Notes: generated from the sequence alone by a model not told the origin. A stretch of DNA of 32,000 bases from Xylella taiwanensis (GCF_013177435.1 NZ_CP053627.1:2610001-2642000), one strand, 5' to 3'. Positions 1 through 8,363 are shown, numbered from the stretch's first letter. Numbers and translations are program-made.

Positions 1-234
1 AGCGATGTCGGGGTTTAAGCGGATCAGTGCTTCACGTACCCACGGTTCCACCAGCACCTCCTGAAGCTGACGCGGCACCGCCGCCGCCGCGACGTAGCGC
101 CAACCGATGCCTTTGGGGCGGGAGCCAGCGCTGGCTTGGGGTTCTTGAATGGTGTGAGCGGAGGTTGCGTTGATCGGGCCGGCGAGCAGGTCGCGGATAT
201 AGGCTTCGATGGTGTTGGATTCGTTAAATGACAC
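1..234 (-). CDS. hsdR: Type I restriction enzyme R subunit (HsdR), N-terminal 78 codons; gene continues past the window start
   Basis: Not in the ORF track because it is partial. Reverse-strand translation from GTG at 234 gives MSFNESNTIEAYIRDLLAGPINATSAH...LQEVLVEPWVREALIRLNPDIA, which reads like a typical HsdR N-terminus. It starts 2 nt after the hsdS stop, in the expected operon position. Confidence 0.6.
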   Translation of the reverse strand, partial: MSFNESNTIEAYIRDLLAGPINATSAHTIQEPQASAGSRPKGIGWRYVAAAAVPRQLQEVLVEPWVREALIRLNPDIA

Positions 235-236
235 AG

Positions 237-1391
237 CTATACCCTTGAGACTCCAGTAAATACCGCCAACTTCATTTGGCTCAACTGCTGTAGCCTGAAG
301 TTGGTGACCTCTTTGATTTTTCTGATTTGCTTGATCAGAGAGCAGATTTCCCTCTGCTTTGTCAGTGGCAATATCGGAACACGAATCCTGCCAACATCAT
401 TCGCTGATGCTCGCTGCCGTCCGGTTGAACCAGACATTATTCCGGCAGCTTGAGAATGGAAAACGCGCGACGTAATTAGGTGATAGAGATACTGTTGATC
501 CGTTCCCTCTTTCGCTCTGAAAACGATGAATTCTGTCGATCCACCAGATTTCTCGATTGAAACAGGAACCTGCGCAATCTTCCCGTTTTCAAGGCAAGGC
601 GTAATTCTTGCCATCAGAATATCTCCACCTTGGGCTCTGATACCGCCTCTTTTACCTTTCTTTTCGATTTTGGATGGATTGATCTTTTGGGTCCAAGGAT
701 CAACTGCCTCCATCGGGATAAATGGATCTTCTTCGGAAAGCGAGGAAACCTTTGGGTTAATCTCAGCAATCTGACTTATCGGTTGTTGAATTAAAGACGC
801 ATCACTCCACACGTAATGCTGGAAAATCGCTTCTATCAGCAACGAAGACCTTCCTTCAAGAGAGATCAAATCGTCAGAATTACGTTCAATCTCCAGGAAT
901 AAGCCTACTATCCGCCGTTGCTCCTCCATCGGCGGCAGCGCGAACTCGAACTTCGCCAAGCTCGTCCAGTGCGTGCGTGGGCTTAACGAGCCAGCGGAGG
1001 TACTCACCGCGTGATCAAAAAAGGCGTCGGTCTGGCAAATGAAGGGCAACAACTCCGGCAGCAGCACCTGGGCGTCCTTGGATTCCAATACGTAGATGTC
1101 ACCAGAACACACCCCCGCGAAATCCGCCACGGCCACTTTGCGCTGATAGGCGCGGCGCTTACCGAATAACACCTGCCCGGGCTGAAACACGCTGGTAAAG
1201 GTGACGCCGTCAGCGACATGGCCCCAACGGCGAATACGCACATCCTCTGGTTGGAGATGTTCCAGACCGACGTAACGTTCCAAGCCATCGGCCAACGGAT
1301 CTTGGCTGCGTCCCTTGGAGAGGCGCACCACATCGCCAAATCTCACCCGACGCCAACCAGGCTTCAAAGGGGTGCTGTGCTGATCAAACAC
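237..1391 (-). CDS. hsdS: Type I R-M specificity subunit (HsdS), two target-recognition domains
   Basis: 384-aa ORF. Two TRD halves are each followed by the conserved HsdS helix motif (ALPPMEEQRRIVGLFLEIE and ILPLTKQREICSLIKQIRKI). GTG start overlaps the upstream hsdM stop by 8 nt. Confidence 0.9.
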   Translation of the reverse strand: MFDQHSTPLKPGWRRVRFGDVVRLSKGRSQDPLADGLERYVGLEHLQPEDVRIRRWGHVADGVTFTSVFQPGQVLFGKRRAYQRKVAVADFAGVCSGDIYVLESKDAQVLLPELLPFICQTDAFFDHAVSTSAGSLSPRTHWTSLAKFEFALPPMEEQRRIVGLFLEIERNSDDLISLEGRSSLLIEAIFQHYVWSDASLIQQPISQIAEINPKVSSLSEEDPFIPMEAVDPWTQKINPSKIEKKGKRGGIRAQGGDILMARITPCLENGKIAQVPVSIEKSGGSTEFIVFRAKEGTDQQYLYHLITSRVFHSQAAGIMSGSTGRQRASANDVGRIRVPILPLTKQREICSLIKQIRKIKEVTNFRLQQLSQMKLAVFTGVSRV

Positions 1392-2910
1392 GCGTGTTGT
1401 CCTCGGCGATCAATCCATCCAGCGTCTCCACCAACGCATCCATCTGTTGCCAGAAGGCGCAGGCGTCGCTTTGCCATTGGTCCCACGTCGCGCGCCATGT
1501 CATGGCATCGCCATTGCTTGATGTGGCCGGGGCAGCAGTCAACCGTTTGACATACAGCGGGATCGACAGGTTGCCCGCATTGGCAGCGATGTCGGCCAGG
1601 GTGGCGACCTTGGCGAAGCCGGGGACATCGGCACAGGTGGTGTACGCGGTGAGGATGCGCTGTTGGTGTTCGGGGGTGAGGAAGCTCTGCGTGCGCTCGC
1701 GGGTGACCTCGTTGACCGCGTCGATGAAGATGACGTTGCCCTGACGCGCGGCGGCTTTGTTGCGGTTGCAGATGAGGATGCAGGATTCCATCGGGGAGTT
1801 GTAGAACAGGTTGGGGCCCAGGCCGATGACGGCTTCGACCCAGTCTTGGGCGACCATCTTGGCGCGCATGGATTGTTCTTCGTTACGGAATAAGACGCCA
1901 TGTGGCCAGAGCACGGCACAGCGGCCCTGGGGGCTGAGGCTGCTGAGGATGTGTTGCTGAAAGGCGTAATCGGCGCGGCCCTGGGGCGGGGTCCCCAGGG
2001 CATTGCGGCCCCAGATGTCGGTGCTCCAGGCTTGGCGGTTCCACTGTTTGATGGAATACGGGGGGTTGGCCAGGATGACGTCGAATTGGCGGAGGCGGTC
2101 GCCGGCAATGTGCTTGGGGTCGGCGAGGGTGTCGCCCCGGATGATGTCGAAGTCTTCGACGCCGTGCAGGAATAAGTTCATGCGGGCAATGGAGGAGGTG
2201 ATGAGGTTGCGCTCTTGTCCGTAGAGGGTGAGGGTGCGGTGTTCGCCGCCGGAGCGTTTCACTTGGTCCAGGGCGGAGATGAGCATGCCGCCGGTGCCGC
2301 AGGTGGGGTCATAGATGGATTCGCCGGGCTGCGGTGCGAGTAGTTGGGTCATCAGGTGGACGACGGTGCGGTTGGTGTAGAACTCGGCGGCGGTGTGGCC
2401 GGAGTCGTCAGCAAATTTTTTGATGAGGTATTCGTAGGCGTTGCCGAGTTCGTCTTCGGGGACGTTGGCCAGGGACAGGGTTTGGGTGGAGAAGTGTTCG
2501 ATCAGGTTCTTTAGGGTGGCGTCGGGGAGGCGCTCGTGGTTGGTCCAGGGGGCATCGCCGAAGATGCCATCGAGGCGCTCTGGGTTGGCTGTTTCGATGG
2601 CGCGCATGGCTTTTTGGATGACGGCGCCGACATGTTTCGGGGTCTGGCGTAGGTCGTTCCAATGGGCGCCGGGGGGAATTTGGAAGCGATGGTGTTCGGC
2701 GAATTGGGCATAGGAGAGGTCACCCTTGGAGTGACGCAGTGCGGCTTGGTATTCCTCGTCCCAGACATCCGAGAGGCGTTTGTAGAACAGCAGCGGGAAG
2801 ATGAATTGTTTGTAGTCGCCGGCGTCGATCAGGCCACGCAGTAGGACGGCGGCACCCCAGAGGTAGCTTTGCAGCGCTTGCGGGGTGAGGCGTGTGCTGG
2901 GGTGGTTCAT
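1384..2910 (-). CDS. hsdM: Type I R-M N6-adenine DNA methyltransferase subunit, second (diverged) paralog
   Basis: ORF 1384..2919. Has HsdM_N-like N-terminus (LWGAAVLLRG...FIFPLLFYKRLSDVWDEE), AdoMet motif DPTCGTGGML and catalytic NPPY. The second ATG at 2910 is preferred: AGGAGG lies 9 nt upstream and it forms an ATGA overlap with the upstream hsdM stop. The first ATG at 2919 abuts the SD. Confidence 0.88.
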   Translation of the reverse strand: MNHPSTRLTPQALQSYLWGAAVLLRGLIDAGDYKQFIFPLLFYKRLSDVWDEEYQAALRHSKGDLSYAQFAEHHRFQIPPGAHWNDLRQTPKHVGAVIQKAMRAIETANPERLDGIFGDAPWTNHERLPDATLKNLIEHFSTQTLSLANVPEDELGNAYEYLIKKFADDSGHTAAEFYTNRTVVHLMTQLLAPQPGESIYDPTCGTGGMLISALDQVKRSGGEHRTLTLYGQERNLITSSIARMNLFLHGVEDFDIIRGDTLADPKHIAGDRLRQFDVILANPPYSIKQWNRQAWSTDIWGRNALGTPPQGRADYAFQQHILSSLSPQGRCAVLWPHGVLFRNEEQSMRAKMVAQDWVEAVIGLGPNLFYNSPMESCILICNRNKAAARQGNVIFIDAVNEVTRERTQSFLTPEHQQRILTAYTTCADVPGFAKVATLADIAANAGNLSIPLYVKRLTAAPATSSNGDAMTWRATWDQWQSDACAFWQQMDALVETLDGLIAEDNTRV

Positions 2911-4409
2911 GGCAACCATCCTCCTTGGGTCATGATCTGGGTGAGGCGCGCTTCGGCGTCGCGGCAGCGGGTGAGCGCGTCCTTAAAGGCGGCAATGGCG
3001 TCGGGCAGCGGGGGGATGTCTTCTTGGAGGGGCGGCAGGACATAGCGGGAAATATTCAGGGTCCAATCTGCGGCTTTGATCTCATTGAGGCTAACCACGC
3101 GCACCGCGTCCTGTACCTCGGCATAGCCGCGATACCAGCGGAGGATCTCGGCGGCGTGTGCGGGCTCTAGATAGTTCTGAGCGCGCCCGCGGCGGAATAG
3201 CCGTGATGCATCGGCAATCAATACTTTGTTTTTATGCTTGGCCGGTTTGCGCTTGCGCAGTACCAGGATGCAGGCGGCCAGACCGGTGCCGTAGAACAGA
3301 TTGGGGGCCAGGCCAATCACCGCTTCAATCAGATCCATGTGCAACAGGGTCTGGCGGATGCGGCCTTCGACGCCTTTGCGAAACAGGGTCCCCTGGGGCA
3401 GGACCACGGCCATGCGGCCGCTGACGTCGGCCATTGAGGTGACCATGTGTTGCACCCAGGCGAAGTCGCCGCTGCTGGAGGGGGGCAGGCCGGCGAAATG
3501 GCGGCCAAAGGGGTCGTGCAACCACAGCTCTTCGCCCCACTTTTTGAGGGAGAACGGCGGATTGGCAATGACGCAATCGAAGGTGGCCAGGCGGTCGCCT
3601 TCGAAGAAGGCCGGGGCGCGCAGGGTGTCGCCGCGGACAATGTGGAAGTCTTCGATGCCATGCAGAAACAGGTTCATCCGTGCAATGGATGAGGTGGTGA
3701 GGTTCTTTTCTTGCCCGTAGAGTTTTCCCCAGAGTCTTTTTACATCGCCCTGCTGTTGTTGGACGTGCTGCATGGCCGCCAGGAGCATGCCGCCGGTACC
3801 GCAAGCCGGGTCGTAAATGGTGTCGGTGTCCTTGGGATCAAGGATATCGATCATCAACCGCACGACGCTGCGGGGGGTATAGAACTCACCGGCCTTTTTA
3901 TTGGTGGCGTCGGCAAATTTTTTGATGAGGTATTCATAGGCATCGCCAAGCAGGTCGGAATGGATGTTGTTGTTGCCAAACGACAACGTGGAGAAATGCT
4001 CGATCAGGTCTTTGAGGAGTGCATCGGAAAGGCGCTCTTTGTTTGACCATTGGGCATCGCCGAAAACGCCATACAGGGTTTCCGGGTTGGCCTTTTCGAT
4101 TTCGCGCATGGCGCGCTGTAGTGCGGTACCGACATCGGTGGCCTTGGTGCGCACGTCGTTCCAGTGGCAGTCGTCCGGAATCTGGAAGCGGTGCGACTCT
4201 GGGAACCAGGACAGTTGTTCATCGCCGGTCTCATCGATGATCTCTTGGTACTCCTCGTCCCAGACATCGCAGATGCGCTTGAAGAACAGCAACGGGAAGA
4301 TGTAGGTCTTGAAGTCTGCTGCATCCACCGGGCCGCGCAGGATGTTGGCGGATTCCCAAAGGTGACTTTCTAGCTGGCTCAGGGTGATGTGCTGGTCGCT
4401 CACCGGCAT
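2907..4409 (-). CDS. hsdM: Type I R-M N6-adenine DNA methyltransferase subunit, first paralog
   Basis: 500-aa ORF with LWESANILRG...YIFPLLFFKRICDVWDEE, GEFYTPRSVV, DPACGTGGML and NPPFSLKKW. GAGGA SD lies 5 nt before the ATG. Confidence 0.92.
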   Translation of the reverse strand: MPVSDQHITLSQLESHLWESANILRGPVDAADFKTYIFPLLFFKRICDVWDEEYQEIIDETGDEQLSWFPESHRFQIPDDCHWNDVRTKATDVGTALQRAMREIEKANPETLYGVFGDAQWSNKERLSDALLKDLIEHFSTLSFGNNNIHSDLLGDAYEYLIKKFADATNKKAGEFYTPRSVVRLMIDILDPKDTDTIYDPACGTGGMLLAAMQHVQQQQGDVKRLWGKLYGQEKNLTTSSIARMNLFLHGIEDFHIVRGDTLRAPAFFEGDRLATFDCVIANPPFSLKKWGEELWLHDPFGRHFAGLPPSSSGDFAWVQHMVTSMADVSGRMAVVLPQGTLFRKGVEGRIRQTLLHMDLIEAVIGLAPNLFYGTGLAACILVLRKRKPAKHKNKVLIADASRLFRRGRAQNYLEPAHAAEILRWYRGYAEVQDAVRVVSLNEIKAADWTLNISRYVLPPLQEDIPPLPDAIAAFKDALTRCRDAEARLTQIMTQGGWLP

Positions 4410-4477
4410 GGTGGTCCTCTAGCAATGCCGGCGTACGGCGGCATCTGGGTGTGTTTGGTCTGCATCGGTGACTCGAA

Positions 4478-4825
4478 TCACCGCTGTTGTTTGACGATGT
4501 CGCGCACCGGCTGCTTTGGGTTTCCCAATACGCCTGCGGCGGCCAGGGGCTGCAACCATACCTTGGCCTGGACGTTTGAGACGTTCCGTGCGGCGGCTAC
4601 GTCGAGGTTTTGCAGCAGCGCCAGCAAGCGTTACTGAATGGCGGCACGCAGCGCTGCAAATCATACGTCAGCCGGGGATGATCCTAGCTGTAGCGACGCG
4701 GTGATCTGGTGTGGGGGGTGGCGCCGCTTCTGGTATAGCTGGCGACGATGCCAACGGGACAATTGATTCCGGACGCGAGCGCTTGGGTAGCGACACGTTG
4801 ATGGTATTGCATGGCCAAAATCGCC
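4478..4825 (-). pseudogene. Decayed small HTH (XRE-like) gene upstream of the hsd operon
   Basis: One reverse frame stays protein-like for about 115 codons: ...ARVRNQLSRWHRRQLYQKRRHPPHQITASLQLGSSPADV*FAALRAAIQ*RLLALLQNLDVAAARNVSNVQAKVWLQPLAAAGVLGNPKQPVRDIVKQQR*. It has no start codon and two in-frame stops (4661-4663 TGA, 4631-4633 TAA). QLSRW..R...P.....L...LG.S..D resembles helix 3 and the flank of XRE-type HTH domains. Confidence 0.3.
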
Positions 4826-5190
4826 TCATTAAGATGCGACACGCATCACATTACTCCACACCATGAAATTGCTTGCTGCATCGGTCGTAATGAGGCGCTT
4901 GGCTGTGGTGCATCGTGGCAAGGACACATTTTGCAGAAAGGGAGGTCTTCGCATGAAACCAGGCTTACTGCTGACAACACAGACCCGGGTGTGCTGCGCG
5001 GTGCATCGTGATTGCGCCGTGCCTGGAAGCGGCGCGGCAACAACGCATGGTTGTCCAGAGAAACCAGCCCGCTTTGATGGTGTTGTATTTTCAAGATCAC
5101 CGCATCGCCGGGCGCATCATCGGCGGCAAGCGGCGAATCTTTTTGAGGTTTCGAGGCAAATATCCCAAACATGTGATTCACATCGTTTAC

Positions 5191-5252
5191 GTTGTTTCTG
5201 AGTCGAAATGCCGATGTGTTGCATCCCATCAGGTTTTAAATGGAATTTAAAA
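5191..5252 (+). repeat. Conserved leader, copy A (precedes paralog 1)
   Basis: gttgtttctgagtcgaaatgcc...cccatcaggttttaaatggaatttaaaa-ATG. It shares the GTTGTTTC.ACGTC.AAA block and the CA.CA.G.TTTAAATGGAG.TCAA-ATGAAAAGAGTCTGGACATTATT block with copies at 7256 and 9038, and partly with the copy at 6225. Confidence 0.8.
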
Positions 5253-6143
5253 ATGAAAAGAGTCTGGACATTATTCATGGTGTCTGTGTTGTTTATGGCT
5301 CAATCCGTCTCTGCGGTGGCGCCGGAGTCAGAAGAGGATCGGTTTTATACCACAGCCATAGAAGTGCCCTGCCCCGGAGAGGATTTTGCAGCGTTTCTTG
5401 AAAAGTTCTCCAATGATGCAAGCATCCAGCGGGAATTCACCGAATACCCGCTGAAAAAACAGGCACTGGATCTGTCCGCCGCGCCAGAGGTGAGGAAAAT
5501 CATAAAATACTTGGAAAGCAATCAAATTCAGCACCCCGTATTGCCTTTGCGTGCCGAACGGGAGAAGAAATCGCTGAATATTACCAAGATTCGTCCAAGA
5601 TATTTAAATGAAACCAGGAGAGCGATCTTAACCAAACCTGGCAAGGATGATTTAATGGTGTACGAATTTGTTAAGAATGGTTGCTGGCATTTGTCGTCCA
5701 TTGATGATCGCTCGCTCACGGGCGGAAATCCAAAGCTGCATTGGGCGGATCATATTTTCCCAGCGATGGATGATTGCACCCCATATCATTTTTATTTCGA
5801 TGAAAAATCCAAGCGTTCCAGCAATGGCGTATTGGAACGTAAGGGGTATTCTCCTTATAAAGTTGATGCATCTTTTGCACGATATAAAGTGCATGAAAAA
5901 TTTATGGGCCTGGATGCCACGGAGATTGCGATCCCATCCAACAGCAACACACACGCTATGTATATGGTGGCGGTGCCGGTCAGCGTACAACGTCTTGCGG
6001 CGGCGGTGGAAACAAGCACCGGGCATCGCTTGGCGATTGCCCCACCAACATTCGAATCCCCATCCGGAGTGGCTTACCTTGTAGAGGCAGGGGAACACAC
6101 ATCGAGTGTTGTTTGCAGAGTTAATGATCAAGGAGGATTTTAA
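5253..6143 (+). CDS. Secreted two-domain protein, long form of the local paralog family (NTF2-like N-domain guess plus unknown C-domain)
   Basis: Track ORF 5208..6143. ATG 5253 is preferred because all four paralogs begin MKRV(W/L)TLF at that point. Sec signal MKRVWTLFMVSVLFMAQSVSA|VAP. Shared module CPGEDFAAFLEKFSNDASIQREFTEYPL...VKNGCWHLSSID. Extra C-terminal domain of about 150 aa ends DQGGF. Confidence 0.75.
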   Translation: MKRVWTLFMVSVLFMAQSVSAVAPESEEDRFYTTAIEVPCPGEDFAAFLEKFSNDASIQREFTEYPLKKQALDLSAAPEVRKIIKYLESNQIQHPVLPLRAEREKKSLNITKIRPRYLNETRRAILTKPGKDDLMVYEFVKNGCWHLSSIDDRSLTGGNPKLHWADHIFPAMDDCTPYHFYFDEKSKRSSNGVLERKGYSPYKVDASFARYKVHEKFMGLDATEIAIPSNSNTHAMYMVAVPVSVQRLAAAVETSTGHRLAIAPPTFESPSGVAYLVEAGEHTSSVVCRVNDQGGF

Positions 6144-6145
6144 TC

Positions 6146-6286
6146 ATGCTCATTCCCCACCCTAGCCCCGATGTCCGCTCTGGCTCTGGCGCCAGGGAGC
6201 GGCCAACGCAAGGCGCTTCCACTGGTTTGCAATGCTCACGTCTCTGCGTTTTATCGCACCAAGCTTTAAATGGAGCTCGAACATGA
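6146..6286 (+). pseudogene. Short ORF or 5' stub resembling the N-terminus of an M23 peptidase gene
   Basis: ATG lies 2 nt after the paralog-1 stop, with AAGGAGGA 8 nt upstream. MLIPHPSPDVRSGSGARERPTQGASTGLQC... Homologous to the stub at 7156, with many differences silent. G.G..RERP aligns with TGNYRETRPGKPPHGGID of the M23-RTX protein. Ends in an ATGA overlap with the paralog-2 start. Confidence 0.3.
6225..6282 (+). repeat. Conserved leader, copy B (more diverged; precedes paralog 2)
   Basis: gtttgcaatgctcacgtctctgcgttttatcgcaccaagctttaaatggagctcgaac-ATG. The 3' half matches the other leaders. Confidence 0.6.
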
Positions 6287-7153
6287 AAAGAGTCTGGACA
6301 TTATTCGTAGTGTCTGTGTTGTTTCTGGCGCACCCCGTCGCTGCGGTAGGGCCTGCTCCACAAGCACATCAAATGCACGCCGCAGCCGTGCCGAGTGTGT
6401 CCTGTCCTGGAGAAGATTTTTCATCGTTTTTCAAGAAATTCTCCGATGATGAAAACATCCAACGGGCTTTCACCCAGTCTCTGCTGAGAATAAAGGAATT
6501 GGATCTGTCTGCGGCACCAGAAGTAAAGAAAGTGGTCAAACACTTAAGACACGATCAAATCCAGTTCCCCGTGTTTCCTTTGCGCGCCGAACGGGAAAAG
6601 AAATCATTGGAGATTATCAGTAGAAATTTAAATGAAAGAATATTAATTCAGCCAGGAAAGGATTATTTAATGGCGTACAAATTTGTTAAGAATGGCTGTT
6701 GGTATTTGTCGTCTATCGATAATCAATCGTTCACTGGTGGCCATCCCACACTACATATGGGTGGATAATATTTTCCCATCCATGGAGGATTGTATGCCAA
6801 ATGATTTTTATTGGGACCCGCAATCTAAGCGCACCAGCAATGGTGTTTTAGAACGCAAAGGATATTCTCCTTATAAGATCGAGGAATATCTTGCAAGGTA
6901 CAAAGTACATGAAAAGTTTATGGGCTTGGATGCCACGGAAATCGCGATTCCATCCAACACATATCCAATTTATATGGTCACGACACCAGTGAGTGCAAAG
7001 CGTCTTGCCGCTGCGATTAAAAAAAGAACCGGCTATCAGTTGGCCATTGCCACCCCAACGTTCAAATCTCAATCCGGGGTAGCCTACCTTGTAGAGGAAG
7101 GGAAAAACAAATCGAGTGTTGTGTGCATTACTGACGAAGAAGGAGGATTTTAA
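6283..7153 (+). pseudogene. Long-form paralog 2, interrupted by a 1-nt frameshift near 6755-6757
   Basis: Track ORFs 6232..6768 and 6683..7153 together align end to end with the 5253..6143 protein. The intact copy reads GGNPKLHWADHIFPAMDD. This copy reads GGHPTLHMGG* in frame 1 and ..HYIWVDNIFPSMED in the next frame. Removing one base from ctacatAtgggtg restores LHWVDNIFP. Confidence 0.8.
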
Positions 7154-7155
7154 TC

Positions 7156-7230
7156 ATGCCTATTTACAACCCCGGCCCTGATTTTCGCCCAGGCTCTGGT
7201 TATGGTTCTAGGGAGAGGCCTATTCAATGA
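7156..7230 (+). pseudogene. Second 5' stub resembling an M23 peptidase N-terminus
   Basis: Same geometry as 6146: AAGGAGGA, 8 nt, then ATG 2 nt after the stop. MPIYNPGPDFRPGSGYGSRERPIQ*. The TGA sits where the 6146 copy has GGC, and homology continues after it (VSRCLQC versus ASTGLQC). Confidence 0.3.
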
Positions 7231-7255
7231 GTTTCCAGATGTTTGCAATGTTGCT

Positions 7256-7316
7256 GTTGTTTCTACGTCGAAACGTTAATACGTTTTATCCCATCAGGTT
7301 TTAAATGGAGTTCAAC
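7256..7316 (+). repeat. Conserved leader, copy C (precedes paralog 3)
   Basis: gttgtttctacgtcgaaacgttaatacgttttatcccatcaggttttaaatggagttcaac-ATG. Confidence 0.8.
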
Positions 7317-7781
7317 ATGAAAAGAGTCTTGACATTATTGATGGTGTCTGTGTTGTTTATGGCTCACACCGTTTATGCGGTGGCACCTGGCGCACAGGAA
7401 AACCAATTGCACACTTCAGCGACACCGAGTGTGCCCTGTCCCGGAAAGGATTTTGCATCGTTTCTTGAAAAATTCTCTAATGACGAAAATATCCAGCGGG
7501 CTTTTACCAAGTATCCACTTACAGAATATCAAGTTGATGTTACTGCTGAGCCAGAACCAAAACAATTCAAGCGAATACTGCAACGCTGGCAAATTCAATT
7601 CCCCGTCATGCCACTGCGCCAGGAGCGCAGCAAGGTCCCCTTAAACATTGAAGTACTTACACTCACCTCAAACAAAGCACACATTCGTTTAGTCAAGCAA
7701 GACACGGATTATCAAATTTCCTATTTCTTCAGAAAAAAAGGCCGTTGGAAACTTGTCAAGATTGACAATGAATCACTTTAA
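7317..7781 (+). CDS. Secreted short-form paralog 3 (shared N-domain only)
   Basis: Track ORF 7305..7781. MKRV start at 7317 with GGAG 6 nt upstream. Signal MKRVLTLLMVSVLFMAHTVYA|VAP. CPGKDFASFLEKFSNDENIQRAFTKYPL...YFFRKKGRWKLVKIDNESL. Roughly 80% identical to the 9100..9564 protein by my hand alignment. Confidence 0.8.
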   Translation: MKRVLTLLMVSVLFMAHTVYAVAPGAQENQLHTSATPSVPCPGKDFASFLEKFSNDENIQRAFTKYPLTEYQVDVTAEPEPKQFKRILQRWQIQFPVMPLRQERSKVPLNIEVLTLTSNKAHIRLVKQDTDYQISYFFRKKGRWKLVKIDNESL

Positions 7782-7887
7782 ATACATCAGGCGCTCTTAA
7801 GGGAGATGGAAACATGGTCCTTATAGAGCACACCATTCATGGCGAAAATAAAAGTCACGCTGTAAAAACAAATCAATTGGAGTATTC

Positions 7888-8363
7888 ATGATGTTAACAA
7901 GCGCGTTTCATCCCCGTATGGCTGTGCTGCTGGCGGTGATTGCTTTTGGAGTTTTTTCGAGCGTCCATGCAGGTCATCCACACACCCCACCGATCAAGGG
8001 TTCACACATGATAGCCGACGAAAACAGAGAATATGCCGAACAGATGTTTAAGGAATATCCCAAGCTTTTCCCAAAAGAAAGGCGGTCATCGATATTACAT
8101 GGGATTATATTAATAGGGATGACGCCTTTTGAAGCAAAATTAGCCGGAGGTGCTTTTTTTATAAGGTGAGTGCCGACAGAACCCGATGGCCGGAACATAG
8201 CGACCCGATGGATGTGATGTGGGGGCAATCGATAAAACCAGATCATAGTGAAATCTGGATGACGTTTAAAAACGCGTATCAGTTCCCTGATGAAGGCGAG
8301 GTGCCATTTCGGGTGTATTTCAAGCAAGGGCACGCGGTCAAGATAGAGAAGCTGGAGCCGTAA
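7888..8363 (+). pseudogene. Small exported protein (BamE/SmpA-OmlA-like guess) split at a T7 homopolymer
   Basis: ORF 7888..8169 has the signal MAVLLAVIAFGVFSSVHA|GHP and ends AFFIR* right after T7 (8154-8160). ORF 8166..8363 (GTG, no signal) continues in the +1 frame. T8 or T5 would give one protein of about 158 aa: ...IGMTPFEAKLAGGAFFYKVSADRTRWPE...EIWMTF...VPFRVYFKQGHAVKIEKLEP. Confidence 0.55.

Noticed and set aside
1004-4425. Many 60-190-aa ORFs overlapping the hsdS and hsdM genes on either strand (for example 1539..2108, 3301..3720, 3325..3804)
   Set aside because: They are Ala/Arg/Pro/Gly-rich shadow frames of GC-rich coding sequence. The hsd frames carry unmistakable motifs and account for the DNA.
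4846-5229. ORFs 4846..5229 (-) and 4863..5201 (+) in the gap between hsdM and the paralog array
   Set aside because: There is no motif, start context or partner frame support. The two overlap each other almost completely, so at most one could be real. I could not assign either.
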